Of a stretch of 64,000 nt of DNA, positions 1 through 12,849 are shown one piece after another; the stretch's first letter is position 1, and each line of letters opens with the position of its first letter. The position numbers were made by a program, and so were the translations under genes. The notes under the pieces were generated by a model. That model was not told where the DNA came from and made no database searches. It worked only from the letters and a program-made list of their open reading frames with translations. Source of the stretch: Dicyema japonicum (lineage: Eukaryota; Animalia; Dicyemida); NCBI GenBank assembly GCA_011109175.1, contig RDEW01000026.1, positions 513,695 to 577,694 of the forward strand, in the 5' to 3' direction.

Positions 1-669
1 GTGACTGTTCTTCAGGATGAAATAAAGAATATGGCGCAAGAAATGGGCCATAAGGTAGTTTGATGAATATTTTGCAGCACGAAGAATTAAGGAATTCAAA
101 AAATCAAATTAAAGAACTAAAGGAAGAGATTGACAGAATTCAGAAGCAGTCGACGGCATATCAGCATCAATTAACAAAATACAAACAGTTGGGGGAGCAG
201 TCAAAGGAGAAGGTTGATAAACTTCAATTTCAGCTATCAAAGACTATAAAAGTAGCGACAAAGATAAAATTTAGGATTTTGAAAGTCAACAAGGAGTCAA
301 CAAATCACAACAGTCTAATTTGAAGACACTACAAGTCAGATTCAACAGAATGGCTGAAGAACTAGAAAAATGCAAGGAAGAGTTAAACCAATCACGGTGT
401 TTGTCTAAGGTTTGGACGAAATAATATAATCAAGGATGTATCGGTAGAACAGAAGCAGCACATGGAGGACGTTATAGCTGAAAACAAATTGTTAAAAAAA
501 CAGCAGCAAAATTTGCTGATGGCTTATTCTAAGCAAATTAGTCTTATTAGTAATTTGAAGAAACAAAAGGTTAATCATTTTAGATTATTCTTAGAATTTA
601 ATTGAATTTACAAAAACTGTAAATTTATTTGAAGAAAGACTCTCTAAGGCCATGGACAACAATAGTTAA
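1..669 (+). CDS. TEX9: TEX9-like coiled-coil protein, 3' part (5 exons)
   Basis: Removing four phase-0 GT-AG introns (55-77, 252-274, 410-434, 570-594; 23-25 nt) gives an open frame ending LQVRFNRMAEELEKCKEELNQSRCLSKDVSVEQKQHMEDVIAENKLLKKQQQNLLMAYSKQISLISNLKKQKNLIEFTKTVNLFEERLSKAMDNNS*. This matches the TEX9 C-terminal pattern as I recall it. Confidence 0.75.
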
Positions 670-759
670 TATCACTTAAGGGTTTGCAAACAATTTAATA
701 AAATTAAACAGACCATTATTTGTATTTAAATCCCACTTTATTCAACCAACAATAAAAAA

Positions 760-1960
760 GTTAATATTTAATAATCAACAACCTTCCTCGCCAGCCTCCT
801 CAGGCAGGTTCGATTCTGGTTGCTGAAACAACTCCGAGAGCGCCTTGTCCAATTGAACCCTCTGCCCATATGGCATCTCAGAGCTCTGCCTCCTATACTC
901 CAGTGTCAGGCTCTCTAGGGTCCGCTTTAACACAGTGGACTGTAGATAGGCCTGGAGCTTCCTATCTACCCCAACTGCTTCAGATAACCCTTGTGGTACT
1001 TTGTTGCAATTCCTTCCCACGTCATTACTATAGGAATAACGAGGACTTGCATCTGCCCCATCTCGTTTGCAAGAAAGTCATACTTCCTTTTTTTCTCCAC
1101 CTCCACAGTCAGCAAACGGTCTTGAGACGTGATGGCAACCTCTATGATAAGGACTTGGCCAGACTCCTTATCATGTACCACAATGTCCGGTTTATTGTGC
1201 TTGACTAGCACCGAGCTACGGATAACACTGTCTACCTTAATTTGGACCCTGGTGTTCTCTACTACAGATTGCATCTTATGAGTCCGCAACTTTCTGGTGT
1301 GGCGAATACCATACTTATTGCATAGTAGAAGATGAAGACTCTTTACTACTTCGTTATGCCTGTACATATAGTCGTGGCAGAGCATGGATCCACATCGAGT
1401 GGCTAAATGATCAACCGACATGCTCTTTGACTTACAATGAGGACATGTATTTGTTGATCGATCCCAAAAAATATTGCGATCTTGCATATACGTGTACAGC
1501 GCCTCCGATCGAGGTGAGTTGTCACCGTATTTTAGCCATATTGTCGACGACTTAAGGTCGACATGTGGGTTGTCCAATGCTCTGAAGAGGACCTTATGAA
1601 GGCTTTTTAAGTTGATCTTTTCCATCAAATTATTATATTGTAATTCGATCAACGCCTTCACATTTACTAGCCCACCATCATCAACACCATACTTAGCAGA
1701 CAAAAAAGGTCTGATAGTGCCTAGGTGGGTTGCCAGTGTTTTCTCGGTCGTTATTATGGCGTGCTTCCTAGCAGACACACTTGACCCAGCTATCAGGATG
1801 TCGTGCATTCGCATTAGGACACGCTCACTTAGTTGGAATACTCCACACAGTCCACGGCCGAATTTATCACGGGGTAAATATAGTCTCTCCTTATTGGCTG
1901 CCAGCACATGGACATGGTTCTCTCTGAGTACTCCACGGATCATAACATCCATCTCATGAC
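760..1960 (-). mobile_element. R4-clade-like non-LTR retrotransposon, 3' part (CCHC finger + restriction-like endonuclease)
   Basis: ORF 966-1952: ERLYLPRDKFGRGL, CPHC...H...C, HNEVVK, KPDIVV..D...IIEVAI, EKKRKY. Confidence 0.85.
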
Positions 1961-1989
1961 TCCATGTTTATGCTCTACAATCATACTTC

Positions 1990-2480
1990 TTAATGTTTTC
2001 TTTAACACCACCGATTGAATGTAAGCTATTATTGGCATATCAATCGACAAAGCTTTCAATTGATTTCTGTAGCACGTGGAGATAATCCCTTCTCATGTCA
2101 AAAACACAGGGATAATGCTCACGATCCTCGTATAGCATGCTCAATTCTCCAGCAAGAAAGTCATACCTCTGTAGCTTTTCCACCTATGTATGCTTGAGTG
2201 ATTCTTGTCTGGCGTTTCCGACTTGTATAATCACAATTTTGTCAGTCATGTGTCAACTCGGATTTCTACCCTCTGTCGTAACAATTGATCGAACCGAGTT
2301 TTTATACGTTTAGATTTCTTGATGCCATACATTCTCATAAATGCAGATAAATGCTTCTAACAATGAAAGATATGAACCTAGCGATCGTAATCATATGCGT
2401 TTTCTTTGTTTTCAAAACCCGCAAGATTCCATCCTTTCTTAGCGAAATATCAGATTTTCTTTCCATATCACTCAGAAACT
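1990..2480 (-). mobile_element. Second R4-like copy, 3' part (decayed), split by the Ingi-like insertion
   Basis: Minus-strand remnants EIRVDT, EKLQRYDFLAGEL, IIPVFLT*EGII; reading continues at 5367 across a 14-bp TSD. Confidence 0.7.
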
Positions 2481-5352
2481 TATGTTGTTAGCGTGGTGTC
2501 ATGTGGCTCACCAGAAATGATGTCACCCATTCCAAAAAGGAACGAAAAGAGCCAACAGCTTCTCCCCACCGTCCGGTGGTCCTCTCATCTCCTGTGTCTT
2601 CGACCTTGTCTGGTGTCCCCATTTTTCCAGACTTTTGATTCTTCTATGTGGGGACGTCAAAACCAATCCTAGTCCATGGAGAGGTTTTACAATTATACAA
2701 CTGAATACGAATGGGATCAGGAAGAAAATCTTTGAACTCCGGGCACTCCTCCGCGAAAATGAGGCTGATCTCGCTTTAATACAGGATCTCCCTCCATACC
2801 AACACCCTCTTTTCCCGGATACACAGTGATCCGTAAAGATCGTCAGGGAGGACGCGGAAGAGGACTACTTACTATTATAAAGAACGATATTCCTTTTATG
2901 GATACAACTCAACGAACCTCAGAGCTTCTTGGCACCGACAAGACTTTGGAGCAGATTACTGTCAAAATCGAGTTATTCCCGTCCTTTTGGATCCATTTGG
3001 CTAATTTATATATTCCTCCACAAGGATCGTAACCGTCATCTTACACCCCTGATTTATCACGCATTTCAACATTGAAAAATCTACTGTTATGTGGGGATCT
3101 TAATGCACGACATCCAGTTTGGCTCACTTCCCAATCCTCTGATAACCGAGAAGAACTCATTGCAAATTATCTTCCTGACCTGATTATACTGAACAACCCT
3201 AACTCACATACGAGGACCCCATTAAGGATGACTGATAGCCGCACATCCCCCGACTTAACACTATGCTCACCTTCTCTGGCTGGACTCATTTCCTGGAACG
3301 TCTTTTACGGCTTTTCCAGTGACCACAATCCAATCCTTCTAAAATTGAGAGGTCTTCGACGATACAGGAGACGGCCGGCGGAATCAAAAAGATTCAAGGA
3401 TTATACGAAGGTTGACTGGTCTGGTTTCAGTAACCTTGTGGATAAATTCTTGGCCCGGAGATTATCGTCTCCAATACGCTCTATTGATGAGGCGCAGAAA
3501 TTATCAGCGCTGCCATTCAGAAACTGACCATATTTTTATTCCTATATCGTCATACAAGAAGTTTATTCCTACCCTCAGCTCTTATACAATAAGTCTTATA
3601 AAACAGAGACCGGCTGAAGAGATGCCATCTGTTGGACATGAAGTCTTTGACAGTTCTTAGACAACTGAATAAAAGGATCTGTCAGAGCATAAAAGAACAA
3701 AGGACAAGAGATGGCAGCATCTAGTCAACCACCTCGACAGGAAAAGTACATCCCGACATTTCTGGAAAACTCTTAAACAAGTCAAGTCGGAGCTGGATGA
3801 TGCAGACGGAACCGGAAAGTCTTCCCTGAACACTTATGCCACCTACATCCTAACACCCTTATGAAACATTACGCTGGAATTAGCTTCAAACCATTCTCGA
3901 AACACCTGGACATTAAAGTGCGTACCCATAAACAGAAGAAGGAACCTTACCACGAACTATTCACAGATGACCAAGTCTTGAATGTGATCACCAGATTAAA
4001 GAGCTCAAGGGCGTGCGGGCCTGACAAAGTATCTTCTATTCACCTAAAACACCTAAGCCACTACGCAATTGGTTACCTCACGCAAATATACAACTGTCCA
4101 TTAACTATAATATTATTCCCAAGATTTGGAAGAATTCTATTATCAGACCGATATTGAAGACTGGGAAACCAGAGACAGAACCTGCCTCCTACAGGCCTAT
4201 TTCCGTTACCAGCACACTGTCAAAAATTATGGAGAAACTTGTATTATCAGTCATTATTCCGTATCTTCCACGTCCTATATTTCAACATGGTTTCCTCCGC
4301 GGTAAGTCCACCGCTACATACTTGGCAACCATATCGCAGTTCATTGCCGACGGTTTTAACACCCATCCCCGCCTCACAAACGCACAATCTTGGTTTCTAT
4401 TGACATCAACAAAGCCTTTGACACTGTTTCGAGGAAAATCCTGGTTGGAAAAATATTTTCTACTAATATTCGTCCGAATGTGAAATTATGGCTGGCCAAC
4501 TTTTTGTCTGGAAGACGTGGAAGAGTAGTCAGTGGTGATCTCAGATCTAGATCACGATTACTACCGAACGGGGTACCGCAGGGGTCTCCACTCTCACCAA
4601 TTCTATTCAACCTATTCCTACACGACCTACCTAATAATGGAGACGAAGATTCCTTGCTATTATCCTACGCAGACGATGTAGTCATTGCAATACGGAACCG
4701 CTCGACGCAAGTCGCATCCTTTAAAACTCAGGCAAAATTGAACACTCTTCACGATTGGATTGTTGGTAATCGACTTACGATTTTGCAACCAAGTCCATCT
4801 GTTCCACTTTCACTTCGGACCGTCGTTCTAAGGATGAACCGAGTATCTTTATTGGTCCCACTCGGATTCCAGTGACAAGGACTTTTCCGTTTCTACCCTC
4901 TACCAACAAACAATCGCGCCAGCCGTTGAGTATGCCTCCGTTGCATGGAGATTCGCGCTATCGGATTCTATGGTCCAAAGAGTCAACTCGATACACCAGA
5001 AAACAATCAGTATGCTTTGCCCACGTAATGGATCAACAGTCGACCCACTACTCATGGAAGCTAAGATCCGTAGTCGTGGCTCCGGATTTCTTCGCGTCTG
5101 TGAGGAAGATGGAAATCCGCTTCGCCTGATCCTTTCCATGGCAAGAGAAAACCGATTAAATAAGAAATTCCCCTCCCCGATCGGATTCCTCTGCAAACCC
5201 GAGAGAAGGCTTTTCCGGAAAATAGTGGGGACGATGGAAGATCACAGACGTCGAATGGCACAATTGATTGCGAGGACTATGATCACCTAACTGTTTGACT
5301 CTTTTGTCTTTCTTTCTCGGTGTTCCCGGGGTTATTAAAATAAACAAAATAA
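2481..5352 (+). mobile_element. Full-length Ingi/Vingi-like LINE (pseudoknot leader, 2A, APE, RT; frameshifted)
   Basis: TSD atcactca(g/t)aaact at 2467-2480 and 5353-5366. Motifs CGDVKTNPSP, QLNTNG, CGDLNARH, SDHNPI, SYRPISVTS, GVPQGSPLSP, YADD. Ends MIT* then an A-rich tail. No RNase H or ORF1 seen. Confidence 0.9.
2493..2556 (+). ncRNA. Degenerate HDV-like pseudoknot leader
   Basis: P2 GUGGCUC/GAGCCAAC, P4 UUCC/GGAA, P1 GUGGUG/CAC(C)CAU, J4/2 AAAA. Confidence 0.45.
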
Positions 5353-5366
5353 ATCACTCATAAACT

Positions 5367-6700
5367 GGTCCAGCATACACTCACTCTTATGAACAATCCA
5401 AGTAAGCCCCCTCCCCAATTTAGTTCCATTAATATATAATCTCTTTTTGTTTGTGACTTCAGGTGAATTTTATACTCTGACACGTCGAATGTCCAAATCT
5501 ATATTTTCATACTTTTTTGGTTAAATGTTAATTAAGCCAATGTAGAAATTATAAAGGGACAAGGCATGCTCGTTAATTGGTTTAAACATGTTTACAGTAT
5601 TAAGCTTTTATGCAACAAGTTTATAAACCCCTTTCTCACATTTTCAGCAATTGTGTTCAAGACTTCATGACATTACTTCCTTTGCCCTCTAAAACTCGAG
5701 GTACTTTGATGTCCATCCAGACATTTCGCTTCATTCATGGATTCAAGATTGGTTGCCGACTTTTCATAACTTCTCTTGAGACCAACAACATCGAAATAAT
5801 TATCAATCTCTTCCATCATTCAAACTATTGCATCTTCTTTCTCCGCAAGTATCTTCAGATCATTAATAAATAACAAATGGTTTTTGAATACGTTACCACT
5901 GACAGGTCACTTTTATAAATAAATAATTTTGGAAACTTGTTATTCAGGATTTTGCTCATTACTAAAACAAAAAGTTGGAGAGACAAAGAGTCTTCTTGCA
6001 GTATTCCAAGCTTCAATTCTAATGTCCCAATCCTCTCCATTTTTAAGTTAAAGATTAATCTCCATTTGGTAGTTAGACCCTTTACGAAATTTCCTATCCA
6101 GTTTGGAAGCCCCGAACATTCCAATACATGAAAATCATGATCGACTGAATCATATACTTTATAACGTCGATCCAAGTTGGAAATAAATTATTCCCATATT
6201 CATTGTTTATACACTGATTGATCAAGGCTTGCTCTTTGGCGCTTTGACACCTCTTCGCTCCCATTTGATTGTCAGAGACGAGGTCGAATGCTTAAGATAA
6301 TCAGTAAGTTTGTAATTAACACATTTAGTGTGTAATTAAAATAGACATGCACGTGATTGAACGCAAATCATTGGTGATCCAAAAGTTACTTTCTTAGGAA
6401 TTAGATAGGTTACTCCAGTGTACAACCACACATCCGGTTCTCCACTAACAATTTTCAATAGCTCACACAAAATATCGTAAAGGGGCTCAAATTTCTTGAT
6501 AAAAACAATGAACACCATTTCCAATTTGGTCAACATTCAATTATCTTCTTGATATCCACTGGAGACTCTTCCACCTCAGTTATACATTTCCGACATGGTT
6601 AAAAGATTTTTGATTTTCAATTTTCGCCCACAGTTTTCCAAAAAGATAAACAATCATCTTTTCCTACTTCACACACAATACGCTGAGCATCTTCGTAAGA
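5367..6700 (-). mobile_element. Second R4-like copy, RT region (decayed)
   Basis: YTGVTYLIPKK, GILQEDSLSLQLF, KRLYINGTKLGRG. Confidence 0.75.
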
Positions 6701-6739
6701 CTTTGATGAAATTAAGTTCATAAATCTACACTAACGTTC

Positions 6740-6960
6740 ATCTGTGGTGATTGGAATGCCAAAGCAGGCATGAGAAGGAATAAAGAAGTCTGTATGGGAA
6801 TACATGGCAGAGGATATCGAAATCTCTCTGGACACTCTGTAATTCATCAAATCTGTATCTATGTAATACCACGTTTGAACACCCTACAAAGCACAAAACC
6901 ACCTGGGTTCGCACAAGAAGGTCCAATGACGGCAACAACACATATATTTATTACCAAATA
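6740..6960 (+). mobile_element. Small R4-like endonuclease remnant
   Basis: Degenerate EISLDT / TKP-like segment. Confidence 0.3.
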
Positions 6961-7019
6961 AATTGTATTATCTCCCAATCTCTTTAAAGAGATTGTTGTC
7001 TGACTCAGGAGTTATGGAA

Positions 7020-9140
7020 GAACTATAACTTAAAATAAATAACTGACAGTGACCATAAATTAATAGTGGCCAGATTAAATATTAAACGATACTTCGAAAT
7101 TGAAGCAGTAAAGAGGAAAAGTACCTCTCTAAATGGACGTTTGGATGTGGAATTGTTGACTTTTGACACTTGGCAAAAAAGATACCAACAAAATGTCTCT
7201 AAACGATTGCGAGGTGTTAAAACCAGTAGCACCCCATCGACTGACCTTGGAAAGATCTTGGATATCTTAAAACTGTCGGCGACAGAGACTGTTGGATACC
7301 AGGAAAAAGATCGGAATAGACGTATGACCCCGTAATAAGAGAATTGTCGGAACAGCAGAAAGAAATACTTTCGAAACTGGGAAGTTCATTAAAGAGAAAA
7401 CGTAATCAAAAATAACATTTAAGAAAACGATTGAATGATCTCTGGCACAAATATTTGGACGATAAGGCGACTGAAATTGAAAACTGTCAGGAAGACGAAT
7501 GCTGCTAAATTACATACACGAGGAACTACGAAAAAGCCGCTGAAAATCTGCGACAACGTGGGTTATTATTTACAAAACCCAGAGGATGTAGCAAACCATA
7601 TTTCCAAACACTTCGAGGCACAGTTTAATTGGGATGAATATACCTAAATTTATTGGAAATCCAAGATCTCTTACAAATAAAATTACAATAATGATGTAAC
7701 AAATGCATTTATACACCTAAAAGGCAATCGTTCAGCTGACTATGATGGCATCCCGGGCGAGTTACTAAAACATGCTCCGGTTATTGTTGTGAATATAATC
7801 ACGGATTTATTAAACAAGTAGCCATAATTCTGATACACAAAGCGGGATCACTGGATGGATTAAGGCCTATTATTCTACTGTCAACTATCAGGAATACATT
7901 ATCGATCATAGTGCTTAACCATATACAAAAACCAGTGGAAAAATACCTTTCCCAAAGTCAAAGTGGGTTTAGAAGTGAAGGTCTACCTCAGATATCGTAT
8001 GGAGTCATCGATGGATTACATCAATATGTCAAAACTACAGGAAAGTTATTTACATCCTAGGAATTGATATAACGAAAGATTTTGACAACATCAGCAAAGA
8101 AAAACTCATAAGTATTCTACAGGAACTACTTAACGAGGACTTTCTGAGACAAATAAGTATACAACTTTCTGAAACTGAACAATTCGTGAGAATAAGAACT
8201 AAGAATTCAAAGAGTTTCAGTACCAACATGAGGACTCGACAAGGAGATTCCTTATCTCCAATTCTATTCATCACATACCTCGAAGCTGCCCTCAAGGAGC
8301 TGAGAAAGGAAATGGGTTCTAATTACGAAAATATAATTGTTATACACGGATGATTAGACTGTGTGTACTGACCAGAAAAGCCTACCAAATTTTAGTCCAA
8401 ACCGAAATTATTTTAAATAAATACAACCTGCGCATAAATATTACAAAAACGTACTACACACGAATCGAACGAGCCAAGTCAAGAAAAGACGAACTCAGGA
8501 GACATACAAAAAAACTCGGCTCACTACTGGTGACGCCGAGGATATTTGTCGAAGAAAATCGTTGGATACCATATACTTCAAAGAAATGTACAACATCTGG
8601 ATAAAAGGTATGTGTCACTGTAACTTCGTGTCAGACTATACGGCATGTTTATAAAGCCAATATACAATTCCGGAACATGGGGAACATCAAAAAACGATTT
8701 AGAGAGGCTAGATACTTTCCACAGAAGCCAACTGCGCAAATTGACTGGAATCTTCTGGCCGAGAAAAATATTTTAACGAGAAACTATGTGCTCTATGTAA
8801 ATCTACACTAATTAGCATGGATGTTATTCTATCGAGATGGCAGCTATTTGGACATATTCTTAGACTAGACCTCACTACGCCGTGTAGCAGAATAACGGAA
8901 AAATATTTCTACTGCGCAGGAAGTCACGGAGCAGACCAAGAAATACACTTCCAATTTGCTTAAAAGATGATTACGAAACAATCGGTCGTAAATTGGTGAC
9001 AGCAGACGACCTGGATGATGTTCGAATGAGGGCCAGAAACAAGATGGGTGGGCGAGGATGGCAAGGATGATAGATGTAAAGCATGGCTTAAGCGAAACCC
9101 TTTTATGGCTACGCGAAAGAGCTTTTAACTAACTAACTAG
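7020..9140 (+). mobile_element. RTE-like LINE, decayed RT and 3' end
   Basis: GIDITKDFDNISKEKL, RQGDSLSPILFITYLE, C-terminal WQLFGHIL-like segment; tail aactaactaacta. Confidence 0.75.
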
Positions 9141-9309
9141 ACTTGGTTTTTTGGCGTCTGGGGGATGACTGCAAGAGTAAGAAGAAATGTTGGGATGAAC
9201 ATTTTTTTATTCTAATGTGAGATATGACGTGGGTTGTTTCATTCTCTGTTTTACATTTATCATGACTGCTCATTCTGTCTCTCCAAATTCTGAGTAATCC
9301 GAACGAAAT

Positions 9310-9435
9310 AAACTGAATAAATACTCAACTTTTGGAGATCGTGTCTGTTTCGTCACTCTTGTATTCGAAACCTCTGGAGCGGTTATAGAATGAGCCAAGG
9401 AATCATAAATGAAATCGGGAATGCGATTGCGGCCA
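9310..9435 (+). mobile_element. CRE-like endonuclease fragment
   Basis: VFETSGA...INEIGNAIA, homologous to the other CRE fragments in the window. Confidence 0.4.
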
Positions 9436-9599
9436 ATATTTTTGTTTTTGTATAATGTACAAATGTACCTTTAATGACCTTTGTCCTATCGTTGTGGTAA
9501 CCTCTGGAGCCCTCGTCCTACGATTTCTTCAAAATACTTGGAAACTTCATTTTATCCAATTGGAGTACTTCTGTGTTGGCTACTCGAACAGATTACCTT

Positions 9600-10230
9600 G
9601 ACAGTCCAGAGAGGAATATCTATACAGTGTTAGGTCTCATAATTCCAATTTTTGTTTTTCATGCCAACAGTAGATAATTGATCTTTAAAGTGAACTTAGC
9701 CATCGGATTATCACGGTAACTTCAGATATACTAAAGAAAATAGTTATCGCTGTCAACATGCTCATTCAGGTTAAATTCTATGAAAGATTGAATTGAAGAT
9801 GTTGGGACCAGTTTGTTGTTGTCCTGCCTGTCGCGATTAGTTGTTTCAATTCACACATGATCGAAACATTTCCTGCTGCTCTGTGGTTTCTTTTAATCCT
9901 AAGGTCATTTAATCCACGTTTCAGGATGCGCCAAGTATGCTCTTATTCCTACTCCACTGGAGTGGTTCCCACAACTGTGTCTATTAATAACGTGTTGTTT
10001 GTAAATGTCTTACACCGAACGTAGGATAGTTCTTTGGTTTCCCCTCTAGATTGTTATGGAAGAAAGAGTCCTGAGCCATAAACCTCTCACCTCTCTCACA
10101 TGTAGATGTGAAGGTTAGGTATGTATGCCGATGTGGATCTAATTTCTCCTCAGCCGTATTTGCACAAAGTAGATCGTTCCATCGCGCTGTTTCTTCTGGG
10201 TTTTTAAGGACCCAAGGTTCCAACCTAAAT
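9600..10230 (-). mobile_element. Possible decayed Gypsy-like pol (RT/RNase H) fragment
   Basis: Weak motifs (EQQEMF, RDNPM resembling TDH) across several frames. Confidence 0.3.
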
Positions 10231-10695
10231 TTGCTAATGGATTTTCCTGGTATCCTTGAATCAAATGCATAAAAAATGTTAAATAAGTTTTGAATATTGT
10301 CTCGTCAATAGTCTTTAATAAAAGTACAGATATAGTTGAAATAACACAATTAGTCACTTAATCAAAGACCTATAAATCAAATTTAGTTAAAAGTACTACA
10401 TAAATTGGCATTTGACAGGTTAAGACTGTTTATGGCAATATTTAACAGTTAATGGACAATTATGAAATTATTAAAAATCATCGATAATCAATTTGGCCTA
10501 ATAAGCAATCAATTCCTGAATAATTATGCTAAAATATTATTTTCATTTCCTAAAAACAGAATGGACTTGGTATCACATGAATAATAATGAAACGTATTGA
10601 TTGTAAACTATTGATTTAAACTTATCTCTGTGGTATATTAGTCGTACTGCCGTAAAAATTAATAAAATTATTATATCAAGGCCAATTTGGTTTTC

Positions 10696-11382
10696 ATGAA
10701 TATTTCTCAAGAACATAACTTGTCGACTGAGACTAATTTGGTATTCGAGTTTATCATTTGTAGAGCAGGTCATCTAGTGTGTCTTCAATATGCTGCCGCA
10801 TCTGTCAAACTGCTGAGGAATCGGGAAACTATCTTGTCCAACCTTGTAAATGCTCTGGAACCATTGGTTCATTCCATATTTACTGCCTCAATGTTAATAT
10901 TGATCATTAATTTGACAGATGTGGATAAAAACTGTCAAAAAGAGTCCTCAACAGCAAACATCTGAAATTCCAAACATCAATAACCCACTTTACTGTGAAA
11001 TTTGTAACACAAAATTCAATGTCAAAAAGAAATTTGTTGGAGTTTGTGATTTTTGTGACTTTAGTTTAAAAATATGAGAATTCCTGAAACAACAAAGACA
11101 GAGATATTTTATCATTTATTTTTTGTTTTCAATTTCGTGATAATGGCCTCGTCCTCTCTGGTTATGATCATATTCTTCCTCAACAACAACATTCGCAACA
11201 CTATTGGCAAATCCACAGCAGAACTCACTTGTTTGACATGTGGAGTTTTATTCTTTATTTCATTCTCTCTCATAATATTCATTGAATTGAGAATTAAAGT
11301 TTCATGTCACAGTTTTATCAGTAATTTCATTCAATGTAACTCATATTATGATGCTATTCAACCAAACAAGATGTTGGTCTAA
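10696..11382 (+). CDS. MARCH-family RING-CH E3 ubiquitin ligase with two TM helices
   Basis: Introns 10741-10763, 10893-10918, 11042-11064 (23, 26, 23 nt). Spliced product CRICQ...QPCKCSGTIGSFHIYCLNMWI...CEIC is a C4HC3 finger followed by two hydrophobic segments. The start may lie further upstream. Confidence 0.85.
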
Positions 11383-11599
11383 TTAATAACATTTAAAATA
11401 TATTTATTATTCATTGTACTTACCACCTCCTCATGCTATTAAGATATTTACATGTATTCTCAACCACCACTAATTTAATAACAACCAGCTTTTTTGCTAT
11501 TAAAAACTATTTACAATCTCTAAAGCAAATGAGTGTACTCTAAAGGCGGAGTCTACACAACAGAGAGGCAGAATGTATATGCAAAGGGGTTTCATTTCT

Positions 11600-11836
11600 A
11601 AGCCCACAAGAAAAGGTATAAGATTTATTGTCTAAATAAGTGATCCTCGTCTCTAAGGACACTCGCGGAGGATTACGCAGTGATCGGGGGCCGACTGATG
11701 GATACAGACGATCTGGACGAAATCAGGAAACGAACACGACAACGAAAAGAATGGAAAAGACTAACGAAAAACATGGCACAAGCGAAACCAAAACAGTGTT
11801 TACTGGTAACGTGAATGTGCTTTAACTAACTAGCTG
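11600..11836 (+). mobile_element. RTE-like 3' stub
   Basis: DDLDEIRKRT..RKEWKRLT-type C-terminus and taactaacta tail, like the 9140 copy. Confidence 0.55.
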
Positions 11837-12849
11837 ATGAGTTCTGCTGTGAATTTGCCTATCACCTATGCATCATGCTAAACGACATTTTTATGAAACA
11901 CATGCTATCCCACTCAGGCAGGGAATTCTAATATGTATACAGAAACCTGGGAAGCCGGTTGAACAGATAGAAAATCTCAGGCCATAATCCTTCTAACATC
12001 TCTGATTGTTCTGGAAAGGAATTCTCCCACTGTTGACGAATATCTGTCTCTGGACCAAATTGGTTTTAGAAGAGGAAGATCCACGGCTGATATCGGATGG
12101 AAACATATATGGATATGTGCCATGACCCAGAGATTCCAGAAGGCTGTTCACATACTGGAGATTGATCTCTCCCGAGCGTTCGATACTGTACGCAGAGACA
12201 AACTAATACTTGGTACGTTACTGAACGAAGACAGCCAAAGGATGATCCGGGTCCTACTTGCTGACACTGAAATACAATCTGGGTCGGTTCAGAGCGATCC
12301 CGTAAATTTGAGACACATATTGGCACTCCTCAAAGAGATTCTTTTATCGCCACTACTATTTGTTGTCTATCTGGAAGCCGACCTTCGGAACCTACGAGCC
12401 AAAACTGGGCCGACTTTGATCACAACTAATTTACGTGGATGACGTAGACTTTGTTTCGGAGGACATAAAGGAGATCAGGACTGTTCTAAATCATACTCCC
12501 TGAGTATTCGCGGATTGGTTTTTGAAAATGAACGAACAAAAGACTGAGGTCACAAATGTTAAAAGAGAAACTCAATTGACAGATGAAAAATGGAGAACAA
12601 ACAAAGTCGGCTCACTAATGATTAGGAAGATGTTCACCTGAAGAAAATGCTATCGATTGCTGCACTAGAAGACTAAAGTCCACAAGGCTACAATACTCAA
12701 ACGTATCCATAAAAGTGCATTTATTCTGCCTATTTTGCTGTACAACTCAGGAACATGGGGTTTGAATCAAACTTGTACTGAAAGTCTGAATGCTTTTCAC
12801 AAAAACAACTGAAATCTTTCTTGGACATACACTATCCGAAGGTGATCAG

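Noticed and set aside
11834-11860. CTGATGA as a hammerhead ribozyme core
   Set aside because: A short stem follows, but there is no GAAA or closing helices.
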